Part shown: positions 53,001 to 64,000 of the stretch, piece after piece
How positions within the stretch are numbered: the stretch's first letter is position 1
Layout: each line of letters begins with the position of its first letter
NCBI RefSeq assembly: GCF_006345805.1
Contig: NC_043009.1
Location: 124,001 to 188,000, forward strand
Direction of reading: 5' to 3'
Origin: Octopus sinensis
Lineage: Eukaryota
DNA: 64,000 bases
The notes under the pieces: model-generated
Told to the model about the DNA's origin: nothing
Database searches by the model: none
What the model saw: the letters and a program-made list of their open reading frames with translations, nothing else
Made by a program: the position numbers and the translations under genes

Positions 53001-53289
53001 CCAAGACAACCAGCCTACCCTCCGGGTCTAGGAATATTGTTCTTACTTTTACATTTAGACTCTTTCGAAAAAGCACCGCGGTATCTCCACCACTCATGTT
53101 CGGCAGACAGGAAGAAAAATAAATGTCGAATTGATCGCCAAACATGGACGCGAGGACCCGCGGCTTGCTGAGTCTGGTTTCACTGATAGCTACTATATCC
53201 ACGTTCAGTGACTTGATGTCGTTTAGAAGGTAACCTTGCTTCCAAGCCGACGTCAAGCCACGCGCATTCACACAACCTAATTTAAGCAT
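50008..53289 (-). pseudogene. ORF2 of Tx1 copy C (APE + RT + CCHC), disrupted
   Basis: ORF-track pieces 51259-53289, 50628-51443 and 50008-50814; about 120 bp missing between DHRYL and RSV.QGCP compared with copy A. Confidence 0.92.
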
Positions 53290-53363
53290 AATTGACGTTT
53301 ACGAAAATTGTGTTTCACACACTACATTGTAAGAGACAAGAGGCAAGAGGGAAGGTCACTTAC

Positions 53364-54920
53364 TCATTTCGAAAGTTTCATTTTTTCTTCTTCTTTTGTA
53401 GTGTCTTTGATGAGGTGTTTGTATAGTTTTTTGGAGAGGTATCGTTGAAACCCAACTACCGCATTTGTAAAAATTGTTTTCAGTGTATGGTGTTGTGTTT
53501 GTGTTATGTGTACAATTCTTATGTGTTTCGGTGGTGTGGTGCGCGGATGATTGTTTGTCTTAAAGTCATCTTCACAGATGTCCGTGTTGGATGCATTGTA
53601 ATCCATTAATTTTTTATTGTCTGTGTCTATTGCAGTTAGTTGTGTGTGTGGTTTTGCGGGTTCACTGATTTATTGATTGTCTAGAGGGATGATGTCCGGA
53701 GTTAAATATCTCCCTGATTTACTTCCTTGTTTGGTGGGCTTTTTTGATCTTTTCCTTTTACCCCCTGTGGCTATTTGCCATTCCGTCGAACTTTCGTCCT
53801 CCGACGAATCAGAAGGGGGTAAAGGCAAAGCATTTGCGTCAATATGTATGCTTGTAGAAATTGTTGATGTTTTGTGCGGTGTTTGTGTTGTTGTGGTGTT
53901 AGGGGTAGAATTTGTCTTCTCGTCACTGTTTTCTGTCTTTTTAATTGTCGTCCTCGGTGTTGGTGTTGGTCTACCTTTTGGTTCAGTATGTTGAATTGGT
54001 TGCGACGTCAACGGTGATTGTGTTGGTACTGTTTCTTTTCTTGGTGATGTTGTTGGGGTTTGTTTGCTGGTTTGTTGCTTTTCTTGGCATTGTTCCATAA
54101 TTTGATGTGTTGGTGTTGGTGTTGGCAACAAGGGTTTTTTATCTGTTTTCTGATTTGTTCTTTCTTGTTTTTTCTGTGCCAGAGCGCACTTGGCAATTAA
54201 ATGTTCTGGGCTGCCACAGTTGTAGCATCTAGGCTTTTTGCCTTCTGCTACAACATATAGGCTTTGCCCATTTTCTAAATGGATCCTATCAGGTAGGTTC
54301 TCGATAGAGGACCCCTCAATCTGGATTGTCACTACTAATGTCTTACCACCCCAATTGTCGTTTTTGTACACGGCGGTTTCTAATATATTTATCTTTTTCA
54401 AATGGTAACAGATTGCCCCTGTTATCCATTTGTTAGGTATCTCGGGGGTACATTTTTAATGCTAATTCTACTCACTCTCTGGCCTTTGTAATATGGTACC
54501 ATGATGATTTCATCATTTTGCAAAGACTCCGTAGAGTGAGCTTTTGCCACTTCCTGGTTAGGGAAGCGGACCACCACTGTATTAAACTGGGGACCCCAGT
54601 TTATATATTCTTTTTTTTTTCATTATGCTTTTTAAACACTTTTCTATGTCCGTTTTTGTAATCTGTTCATTTTGTTTTTTGTTTTTTCTTATAATTTTAT
54701 ATATAATTGTCTTATTTTCTATTTGTTCCTTTATGTGTTGAGGTGTATGCAGCACTAAATCCTGCCCTTGGGTTGTAAAGAGTGCTCTCGTTTCTATTAA
54801 CTCTTCATTCGTAAATTTTACTATTTCTTTTTTCTGACGCAGAGTGTCAGCGAAATTTACTGGTGTTGTTGATTCTTTTATATTAACATCTTCACTATTA
54901 GATAGTAAGATATTTATTTC
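53364..54920 (-). pseudogene. ORF1 of Tx1 copy C, disrupted
   Basis: Aligns to copy 1 ORF1 (IEKCLK...VRFP.QE.AK.HST..L...E....P.Y.G.R.S.I); CCHC knuckle; one in-frame TAA at 53670 separates the C-terminal piece 53364-53606. Confidence 0.85.
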
Positions 54921-55022
54921 ATTTTTATTGTTGTTCTTCTTCTTGTTGTTGTTTTGTTAATAGTATTCGCGTGAGTTTCATTTTTATCATTTATGTTGGT
55001 GGTGGTAGCAGTAGTAGTCTCG

Positions 55023-55054
<32 letters not shown>

Positions 55055-55431
55055 AGTGGTGGTGGTGGTGACAGGGCTGTTACCGCAAGTGGTTGCAGCG
55101 TTCACTACCACGTCATTCAGGTTTGCACTTTGCGTGCATAAGTTCTTTTTTTCTCCAAGCGTTCCCAGACTAGAAAAATGCTGGTCCATAAAGGAACGCG
55201 ACCAGCGTTCTACAATAAAATTTCTCGACATTTTCAAAACGTCGAGAAGAAAAATACACAAATTAAATAGGGTTGAAACTGCCCCTAGGGGCGAATTCTT
55301 CCCTTGGGAAAGCACTCAAATGAAAGTTGGGTGCCTTACACACCTTATTTACAAAAATGTACACAAAATATGGGCTATAAATAGTCAAAATAAACGATTA
55401 CCTTCGGAGCCGAGGTGACAACACGTCCGTC

Positions 55432-55435
55432 GATA

Positions 55436-55471
<36 letters not shown>

Positions 55472-55587
55472 TAGATAGACAGACAGACAGACAGATAGAT
55501 AGATAGATAAATAGATAGATAAATAGATAGACAAATAAATAGATAAATAGATAGATAGTAGATAGACAGACAGACAGACAAAAAGAC

Positions 55588-55657
<70 letters not shown>

Positions 55658-55713
55658 AAAGATAGATAGATAGATAAAAATATAGATAGATAGATAGATA
55701 GATAGATAGACAG

Positions 55714-55747
<34 letters not shown>

Positions 55748-55767
55748 TATATATTATATATATATAT

Positions 55768-55824
<57 letters not shown>

Positions 55825-55840
55825 CAGATAGATAGATATA
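55432..55840. repeat. (GATA)n/(TA)n array at the 5' flank of Tx1 copy C
   Basis: Direct observation. Confidence 0.98.
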
Positions 55841-56439
55841 GCGATTTGCACCCACGCGCGCACACACACATACTCAAAAAGACAGTAGCGTGTGATTTGA
55901 GGAAGATTTGGAACTGCTATTATCTCGCGTGCCAAGCCACCACGTAAAGATTTCCTTATTCCTATGTCTGATAAGTAAACCACTGTGTATGTTGATGGGG
56001 GGGGGGAGAAGAGACGTGTAGGACGCGTGAGCTTCGGTGAAGTTGATATGCAACGAGCAAGTTCAGCGAAAGAGAGGCGCCATTGCAGTAAGGTAGACGC
56101 GACAGAGAGAAGAGACAATGAATGTGGCGTTTAATGATAATGATTACAACAACTGGGAAGTGAGCAATTATCTGGACAAGGTCTGCAAACAACAATGTTT
56201 TGATGTTTTGTAGGTAGTAATTTTTAGTCCACCTTTCCTTTTCTGCGGTCATCTCAGTGATGATAAGAAACAATCTCAATGAACCACTGTAAACTATGTA
56301 TTTCGGCTCTGAATTTCGTCATACATACATACATACATACATACATACATGCATACATACATACATACATACATACATACATACATACATACATACATAC
56401 ATACATACATACATACATACATACATACATACATACATA

Positions 56440-56813
56440 GGCGCAGGAGTGGCTGTGTGGTAAGTAGTTTGCTTACCAACCACATGGTTCCGGGTTCAGT
56501 CCCACTGCATGGCACCTTGGGCAAGTGTCTTCTACTATAGCCACGGGCCGACCAAAGCCTTGTGAGTGGATTTGGCAGACGGAAACTGAAAGAAGCCTGT
56601 CGTATATATGTATATGTATGTATGTGTATCTAGGTTTGTCCCTCAAACATCGCACGACAACCAATGCTGGTGTGTTTGCGTCCCCGTAACTTAGCGGTTC
56701 GGCAAAAGAGACCGATAGCTAAGCTTACAAAGAATAAGTCCTGGGGTCGATTTGCTCGACTAAAGGTGGTGCTCCAGCATGGCCGCAGTCAAATGACTGA
56801 AACAAGTAAAAGA
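56440..56813 (+). mobile_element. SINE family A, full length (tRNA head, CORE-like domain, internal microsatellite, CR1-like tail)
   Basis: tggctgtgtggtaag (A box), gggttcagtccc (B box), ggcaccttgggcaagtgtctt (CORE-like), tail ...ccagcatggccgcagtcaaatgactgaaacaagtaaaaga. Possibly one of the described octopus OR-type SINEs (unverified). Confidence 0.88.
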
Positions 56814-57520
56814 GTAATACACAATCGAAAGCCCAGGAAAAAGAGAACATTTATGGCGCATTAATTCGGAATTGACATCTTTTGTATGCTGAGAATGAAT
56901 TTTTTATTTGTACCTACAATCGTAGGTGCATCGAGTTATATACCAACAAATTTGCACAAAAGCGTTGAAATACTCGGTTTTACGGAAAAAGAGTAAAAGA
57001 AACTGACGTGCATTCTTCAAATCCAGTCTATTAGAGGCACATTGCAAAAATTCTCCATCTGAGATTCATATGCGAATAGGTGCACAGACTTGGGTGTATG
57101 CACCGACAGATCAACCAACACACCAACCCAGCTACATATAAAGAAACATCGGGAACTTTCTTAACTGGAAAAGCCTTGTCACTTTGTTAGCATCCGGCTT
57201 ATATGTACGTGTATGTATGTATGTATGTATGTATGTATGTATGTATGTATGTATGTATGTATGTATGCATGTATGTAGGTATGTATGTATGTATGTATGT
57301 ATGTATGTATGTATGTATGTATGTATGTATGTATGTATGTATGCATGTATGTATGTATATACGTGTATGTATGTAGGTAGCATGTATGTATGTATGTATG
57401 TGTGTATGTATGTATGTGTGTATATATGTATGTATGTGTGTATGTGTACCTGTGTGTGTATGTATGCATGTATGTATGTATGTATGTATGTATGTGCGTA
57501 TGTGTATGTGTGTGTATATT
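56665..57520 (+). repeat. About 1-kb direct duplication, copy 2
   Basis: Matches 30520-31590. Confidence 0.93.
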
Positions 57521-57599
57521 CCATAATTTCGCGTTGGTGTCCGGCGTGTTGGAAGACCACTGGGAGTGAGACACTCGTAAGCTTTTGTTAAAGCATGTC

Positions 57600-57900
57600 T
57601 TTAGGAGAAGGTTAGTCTCATATAAAACTTGGTATGCAGGAAATGTCATTGAAAACCTTGGGGACATTTTCCTTGCGTTTTAGATCATAGCACTTCAATA
57701 TTCCTGAACCTGCGACCCATATTGGCCTGACTTGTCTCTGGATCATGTCAGTATGGTGGAGAGAGTCTATAAGGTGCTGTACAAGCTTTATTAGACCCAC
57801 AATTTTAGGTAGTGCAATCACCAGTGAGGCGACTATCTGATACTCGGTCGAGTACGGGGGCGCCGTGGAAAGCATGGAAACCGCGGACGCAAACCCAGGT
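57600..57900 (+). mobile_element. Possible highly decayed mariner/maT C-terminal remnant
   Basis: Weak P..PDL.LD...VER motif only. Confidence 0.35.
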
Positions 57901-58234
57901 GAAACCGATTGCTGATGCACGGTATTGCCAGCATTTCGCATGGGCAGTGGTCAGTGATGGTCTTCCTCTGTCACGAGTAGACAGCATTCGTCATCGTCAT
58001 CGTCGTCGTCGTCATCATCATCATCATCCTCATCATCATTATTATCATCTTCATGTACGTATGTATGTACACCTTATATCTTTTATCTTTTACTTGTTTC
58101 AGTTATTGGACTGCAGCCGTGTTAGGGTACATCTTTGAAAGGTTCTTAGCTCAACAAATCGATCCCATTGCTTATCTCTACGTTTAGTACATCAGTCTTT
58201 ATACTGAACCGGAAACAGACCAGCATGGTCTGTT

Positions 58235-58800
58235 TTTTTATTGGCCACAAGGGCTCAAAACATGGAGGAAAATATCGAAGGATGAGTTACATCACAAAAC
58301 AAAAAAAATATAAAATAAAACATGTGGGATTTATATTGATCAAAGGGAGACCCTGCCACATTAAGGGATATAACATGTGTGTAATATAAATTAGAGAAAT
58401 AATAAATATATAAATAAATAAATAAATAGAATCCTCAATAGTGAGGCAGTCCACTCAGAGTAATTCGGGCTGACTCCACGCAAAAGTACCGGATTACTCT
58501 GCCATCCTCAAAGCATAGGAAGTGCCCTCTTCCATTTTCTTTCCTTCTGTTTAGAAAAGTATACTCAGAGTTGGTCCATTCGGTCTCACTAGTTTTGTTA
58601 CAGTCGACTACCTTTTGATAAGCACGCTAGAAGGCAGCACATCCCTCTCTACCTTCATCATAAACTGATGGTGGCTTGGCCAAATAGGAAAATGCCTGTC
58701 TTCAAACCTTTCAGACTGATCTACCACACAGCTTCCTTTGCCAGAACCACATAGCTTCCTTTGCCAAAACCACATAGCTTCCTTTGCCAGAGCCACTAGG
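58235..58800 (-). mobile_element. Old Tx1-like LINE 3' fragment (copy D)
   Basis: Minus strand: AKEAVW.IRLKGLKTG.FL.GQ...MKVERDVL, homologous to the ORF2 end of copies A-C; tail agcccttgtggccAATAAA; 23-bp unit triplicated at the 5' break. Confidence 0.78.
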
Positions 58801-59387
58801 CAGAAAAAGATCTGCTTTCCTTAATAATAATAGTAAATAATTAAATATCGTTAAATATCGAAAAATTCCAATACTAAACTCACCAATAAGAAGGTTCGCA
58901 ACACAAAATAGCAAATAGCTTCTTTCTGGACCGCTACTCTGTGACAATGAACATAACTCATAACGAATTAAAAAAAACTGAAGATATGATAAGAACGTTG
59001 CAACAATTCCATTGCATTATTGCAAGAAATTCGGTTCTGCATACACAGAAAATGACTCCCACCAATTTGTTGGGGCAGAAATGGAATTTCCCCAAAGATT
59101 TTCTAATATAAATCGAAAGAGGAATAGAGCACAATAACTGGCTGGTATATGTAGCTTCGGTTATCTCTGATTTTTCTGATTCATTCGTTAAGCCATGTTT
59201 TACTTGTCAGGCATAGATCTGTGACTACATGGGTTGGCAATCAGTCGAATATTCTGTTTGTATTGCAAAGACGTGTCCTAACGACCACCTAAAATGCTCA
59301 TCTACTGAGAATGTACTGACAATCGCTTGTGTTTACATCGTGCTGCGAGGCTGCCTATTTTTCATAGGGATTTACATGCTCGTACTC

Positions 59388-59570
59388 ATCAAGATGGGAC
59401 CAGGAAACAGAGAGAATACAAAGGCGCCTGATCTCTAACAAACGACGCAGATGAGTGTATTCTTTACAGGAAAAGGTTGAGATGATCAAGAAAATAAGTG
59501 ACGGTGGCAGCTTTGCAGCTGCGAATCGCGAGTTTGATGTCAATGAATCTACCATTCGTACCATTTAACA
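59388..59570 (+). mobile_element. pogo/Tigger-like transposase N-terminal HTH remnant
   Basis: KRRR.VYSLQEKVEMIKKISDGGSFAAANREFDVNESTIRTI resembles the CENP-B/psq-type HTH. Confidence 0.7.
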
Positions 59571-59779
59571 AGTGCATAAAAAAAAAACTAAATCATTTAT
59601 CACTGTTTTTCATTCCTTTTTAACCAAACGCGCTTCATATACGAGGGTAGATGTATTGTAGTTGTTGATAAGAAGAAAGTATGCTTTGTAATTGACATTT
59701 TATGCCCGTTTGATACCAAAATCGAGTAAAAGAGATAAGGCAAAATATTATACCGGACGTGAAATTGAAAATTTCAAAT

Positions 59780-60410
59780 GTTAGAATAAAGAAGTTAACA
59801 AGGTCATGATATTGTCATCATTATGTCATCGTTATGGCCTTGGAATAGTGACGAAGAATTTGAGAGCAAATTTTGGAAAGCTAGATCTTAATCTAGGTGC
59901 ACAGGATATGTCGGCATTATAAAATCAAAACTGCTGATAAATGGTAGAAGCACCACCCTGAGATTGTAACTGAGGGAGAAAATGTAACTATTCTTTGGGA
60001 GGTTCCAGTACCCATAGACCGAACCATCAAAGCTAATAAACTGGATATTGTTGTGAAAAATCAAACCAATAAAATTTGTTTATAGATAGACATGTGCATG
60101 CTTTGTGATCAAAATATTTCGGCAATAGAATTTCATAAGCTCAGAAAATATAAAGATCTGCTGATTGAAATCGAAAAACTGTGGAATCTCAAGGGGGTTA
60201 CAATACCAGTGATTGCAGGAGCACTTGGAATCATAAAAAAAAGGAACTGAAAGTTATTTGAGGACGATCTCTGGCTTAGCATCCAAGCAGGAAGTGCAAA
60301 AGATTGTCTTAACCTGGAAGTCACACATATTGAGAAGAACCTTGTCATTGTGAACTTTCTTTCTTCTGGGAAGACACTCGGCAATAAATGGAAACAAAAT
60401 TGGAAGAAGA
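59780..60410 (+). mobile_element. R4/Dong-like RLE LINE 3' fragment (5' end approximate)
   Basis: ENVTILWEVPVPIDRTIKANKLDIVV.N...IDM...DQNI..IEFHKLRKYKDLLIEIEKLW...IPVIAGALG...VQKIVL...HILRRTL: PD-(D/E)xK-type endonuclease; (TAA)n follows. Confidence 0.88.
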
Positions 60411-60520
60411 TGATAATAATAATAATAATAATGATGATGATGATGATGATGATAATAATAATAATAATAATGATGATGATGATGATGATGATAATAATAA
60501 TAATAATAATGATGATGATG

Positions 60521-60554
<34 letters not shown>

Positions 60555-60565
60555 TGATGATGATG

Positions 60566-60639
<74 letters not shown>

Positions 60640-60679
60640 GATGATGATGATGAGGAGGAGGATGAAGATAATAATAATA

Positions 60680-60713
<34 letters not shown>

Positions 60714-60727
60714 CATTATTAATAATA

Positions 60728-60791
<64 letters not shown>

Positions 60792-60829
60792 CATTTTTAT
60801 TATTATTATTATTATCATCATCATCATTA
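60411..60829. repeat. Compound (AAT)n/(GAT)n/(ATT)n microsatellite
   Basis: Direct observation. Confidence 0.98.
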
Positions 60830-61328
60830 CAAATGGTTCTCATGGATTCTGATATCAACTGTTTTGTCTTGGGATAAAAGATGGTCTACAGCGACTATTC
60901 TGCTCAGTACCGCACATTCTCTTGTCTGTTGTTTGACCATAACCAGTTGAGCATGTCCCTTGGGGGCTGACGATATGTGCGTCTCTGATCACGAGCAGAA
61001 GTAGTTGGAAAGTATCATAGCAAAGTGTTGAGAGGAATTCTTTGGGGCGTGAATAATTCACCTTTGGAAACATGGGTGTCTCATTCAACATCCTTAATCA
61101 GGGACCTTTTGAGCAGGGTGAGCTACTCGTTCAAAAAAATTTTAACTGGGCCTCACCTCCAAGGTCATGTGTTATTTATCTCGGCATGAAATCACCAAGA
61201 TGCGGATCTATGGGTGTGATTGATGTGCCTAACGTACCATGGCTAGACCGGTAGTCACAATGGATATATTGGGCTTCGTATATTTGTACCCCAGTTTCAC
61301 TTTGATGTCATGCGCTGCTCTCTCACTC

Positions 61329-61377
<49 letters not shown>
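60830..61377 (+). mobile_element. Second R4/Dong-like 3' terminus (last codons + 3' UTR) with (TAA)n tail
   Basis: ..TILLSTAH.. resembles the R4 C-terminal motif; about 450-bp UTR ends ctctctcactcaa(TAA)16. Confidence 0.55.
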
Positions 61378-64000
61378 GAACACCGGGGACGTTTAAGATG
61401 TAAGAACGATAAAACAGAGCTCCGAAATATATCTACAAACATCGAAAACAAAGACATCGTATGGAGCCAAAAATGTACTAACAAAGGATTGGACTATATC
61501 CGAGTAAGTAATACTCATTGAAATTTATTACAATTTTCGAAACGAAATGATGTATTTTAACTCGATATCATCTCCACCTCTAACACAACACATGTAAACA
61601 TGCGTGAAACATTACGATCCATCAACACCAGATCATCCCCGACCCCAAACACCATGTACAAAAAACTACGAAGAAATTAAATACCACCGATATTATTCAA
61701 CCCAAGAATAACAATCGGAATGTACGTACTTTAAACTTACAACACAAAATGTACGAAAAACTGAGCTAAATGACTTAGTATACGCAGCAGCCACTGCAGC
61801 CACAAAAGAAGCTGGATACTCACTCAAACCCATCCAAACAGGAGTACCACCACCCAAACAAACCCTCTGGATAAATAACATCCAAAACAAAACACAAAAA
61901 ATGAGAAAAGATCTGTCGATTCTTAATGAAATCAGTAGACAATCAACGCTACTGAGCAACAAGAAGAAAACAAAAATACTCCGCAAATATAACATCACAG
62001 AAAAAGATTTACCTGATATAAAAGAAAAGCTGAAGCAAGATATCCTTGCCAAAGTACAAAGGATCCGCCGGTACGAGAAACGCCAGCGCTTCTTTGAACA
62101 AAACAAAAAGTTCAACTCCAACCCCAAAAAGTTCTACCAAGAACTTGGCAAAAATAAAATAGAAATCACTGCAGCACCAACGGCAGAAGAAGTGGAAGAA
62201 TTCTGGAGAGAAATATGGTCGGCGAACGAACAACCAAAAAAAGGAGTGTTAAAACAACAAACTCAGCATCTGAGCAACTTTGGACCCCCATAACAACTGA
62301 AGAGGTCACCCAGGCACTGCAAAGACTAAGCAACTGGAAGACATCTGGGCATGACAAGATCCCCAACTTCTGGTTGAAATATCTAACAGGAATGCACAAA
62401 AAGCTGGCTGAAAACTTTAACAACATACTAGCAGAGCTAGAGACAATGCCTGAATGGCTCACGAAGGGGAAAACCATCTTAATTCCCAAATCAAATGGGA
62501 CAGCAAAAACAGAAAACTACCGACCAATAACCTGCCTCCCTACAATGTACAAGATATTTACTGCAGTGATATCGCAAAGATTGAACAAGCCCCTGGACGA
62601 AATCAGCCTGTTTCCAGAAGAGCAGAAAGGATGCCGCAAAGGCTCATATGGCTGTAAAGATCAACTAATGATTAATAAAGCCATAACTGAAGACAGCCAC
62701 AGAAAGAAGAAAGTCCTCAGTATGGCCTGGATCGACTACAAAAAGGCGTTTGATAGCATCCCCCAGACATGGATCCTCGAAACACTAGCCATTAACAAAG
62801 TAGCACCAACAATTATAAAATTCATTGGACACTCTATGAATAAATGGCAAACAGTGCTACAGCTCCAAACAAAAGAGGGACTCATGAAAACCAAAGTCAT
62901 CCCCATTAGGAGAGGAATATTCCAGGGAGACACGCTCTCTCCACTCCTTTTCTGCTTGGCACTGTCACCTCTATCTGATATGCCAAATAGAACTGGATGC
63001 AGATATAAATGTTACGGCAAAACGATCAGCCACCTTTTATATATGGATGACCTAAAACTATACGCTGCAAATGACAAACAGCTGGAAACACTATTAAAGA
63101 CAGTTCATGGATTTACCAAAGAAATAGATATGAAATTTGGATTAGAAAAATGCGCCAAAGTAACCCTGAAAAGAGGAAAACTAGTTAAGAGTAGCAACAT
63201 CACACTCGATAAACCAATGAAATAAAAGAATTAGACCAATGCCAAACTTACAAATACTTAGGAATCCATGAACTAGATAAGACACAACATATACAAATGA
63301 AAGAGAAAATAAAAAAGAATATTATAGACGAGTTACATCAATACTAAAAACAGAGCTCAATGCTAAAAACAAGATAATAGGTATTAACACTTTAGCTGTC
63401 CCAGTTATAAATTACAGCTACAATATCCTTAACTGGACACTAAATGAACTGTCCAAAATAGATAGGAAAACAAGAAAAATAATGACAGGATCTAGGATGC
63501 ATCACCCAAAATCTGACATAGAAAGACTATATATACAACGTATAGAAGGCGGTAGAGGTCTTATACAGCTGGAAAATTACTATAAAATAACCACCATAGG
63601 ACTGCAAAAATATCTACTTCAGAAGGAAGGAAAACTGATACAAATAGTGGCAAAACACAAGCAAAACAAAAAACTGTTCTCAGTATTTAAGGACGCTGAC
63701 ACATACAAACAAGAAATCATACCACCTAATAAATATGAAGAAGAAGAAGAAGATGAAGAAACAACAAAAGCTATTAAACAAATGAAATCCAAACTAAAAA
63801 TAGACCAGCAACGAACCATGATAAAACGATGGCAAGAAAAGCCCCTTCACGGTAAATGCTGGACTAAATTAAACGCAAAAGTAATGGACAAAGAAAAATC
63901 GCAGCAATGGTTGAGAAGCTCAGGACTCAAAGCAGAAACAGAGGGATTTTTAATTGCAGCACAAGATCAAAGCCTCCCCACCAGAAATTACCAAAGACAT
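61378..64000 (+). mobile_element. R4/Dong-like RLE LINE, RT-containing, runs off the window end; degenerate
   Basis: LKQDILAKVQRIRRYEKRQ...PKKFYQEL; NWKTSGHDKIPNFWLK; NYRPITCLPTMYK; WIDYKKAFDS; GIFQGDTLSPLLF; HLLYMDDLKLYA; later EGGRGL and KAETEGFLIAAQDQSL.TRNY. Starts directly after (TAA)16. Confidence 0.94.

Larger units (their letters stand above)
49720..55431 (-). mobile_element. Tx1-like LINE copy C, apparently full length (about 5.7 kb), related subfamily, inactivated
   Basis: 5' UTR, ORF1 (CYNCGSPEHLIAKC), ORF2 from ATG 53289 (APE-RT-CCHC), AATAAA then (TATC)n; internal deletions near 51095 and 51490. Confidence 0.95.

Noticed and set aside
38960-56520. tRNA genes at A/B-box-containing segments
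   Set aside because: They continue into SINE bodies and lack a complete cloverleaf; they are SINE heads.
58730-58797. CRISPR-like 23-bp repeats (also 28-bp repeats near 21790-21870)
   Set aside because: Head-to-tail tandem units with no spacers, no cas genes and a eukaryotic context.
60133-60877. Poly-Asp/Asn/Ile ORFs
   Set aside because: Trinucleotide microsatellite between LINE fragments.

Overview
Eukaryotic, AT- and microsatellite-rich, repeat-saturated DNA with no recognisable host gene. The SINE/LINE repertoire suggests a cephalopod (octopus-like) genome; this is inference, not proven. Contents: five L1-group Tx1-like LINE copies, all on the - strand, three of them stacked head-to-tail with every junction in a (GATA)n array; R4/Dong-like RLE LINE pieces at a (TAA)n array; RTE and CR1-group LINE 3' remnants; several Penelope-like elements (PLE) with GIY-YIG remnants, inverted termini and at least six hammerhead-ribozyme motifs, some with recurrent non-canonical cores; Tc1/mariner transposons (DD37E, DD36E, DD37D maT) and a pogo HTH remnant; non-autonomous Helitrons; and about four tRNA-headed SINE families, two of which share 3' tails with LINEs in this same window. 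Best lead: a (GATA)n/(TATC)n-targeting Tx1 family, with a possible (TC)n-associated sister lineage and a SINE carrying the Tx1 tail. Coordinates were read by eye and may be off by a few bases; boundaries marked approximate are rougher.
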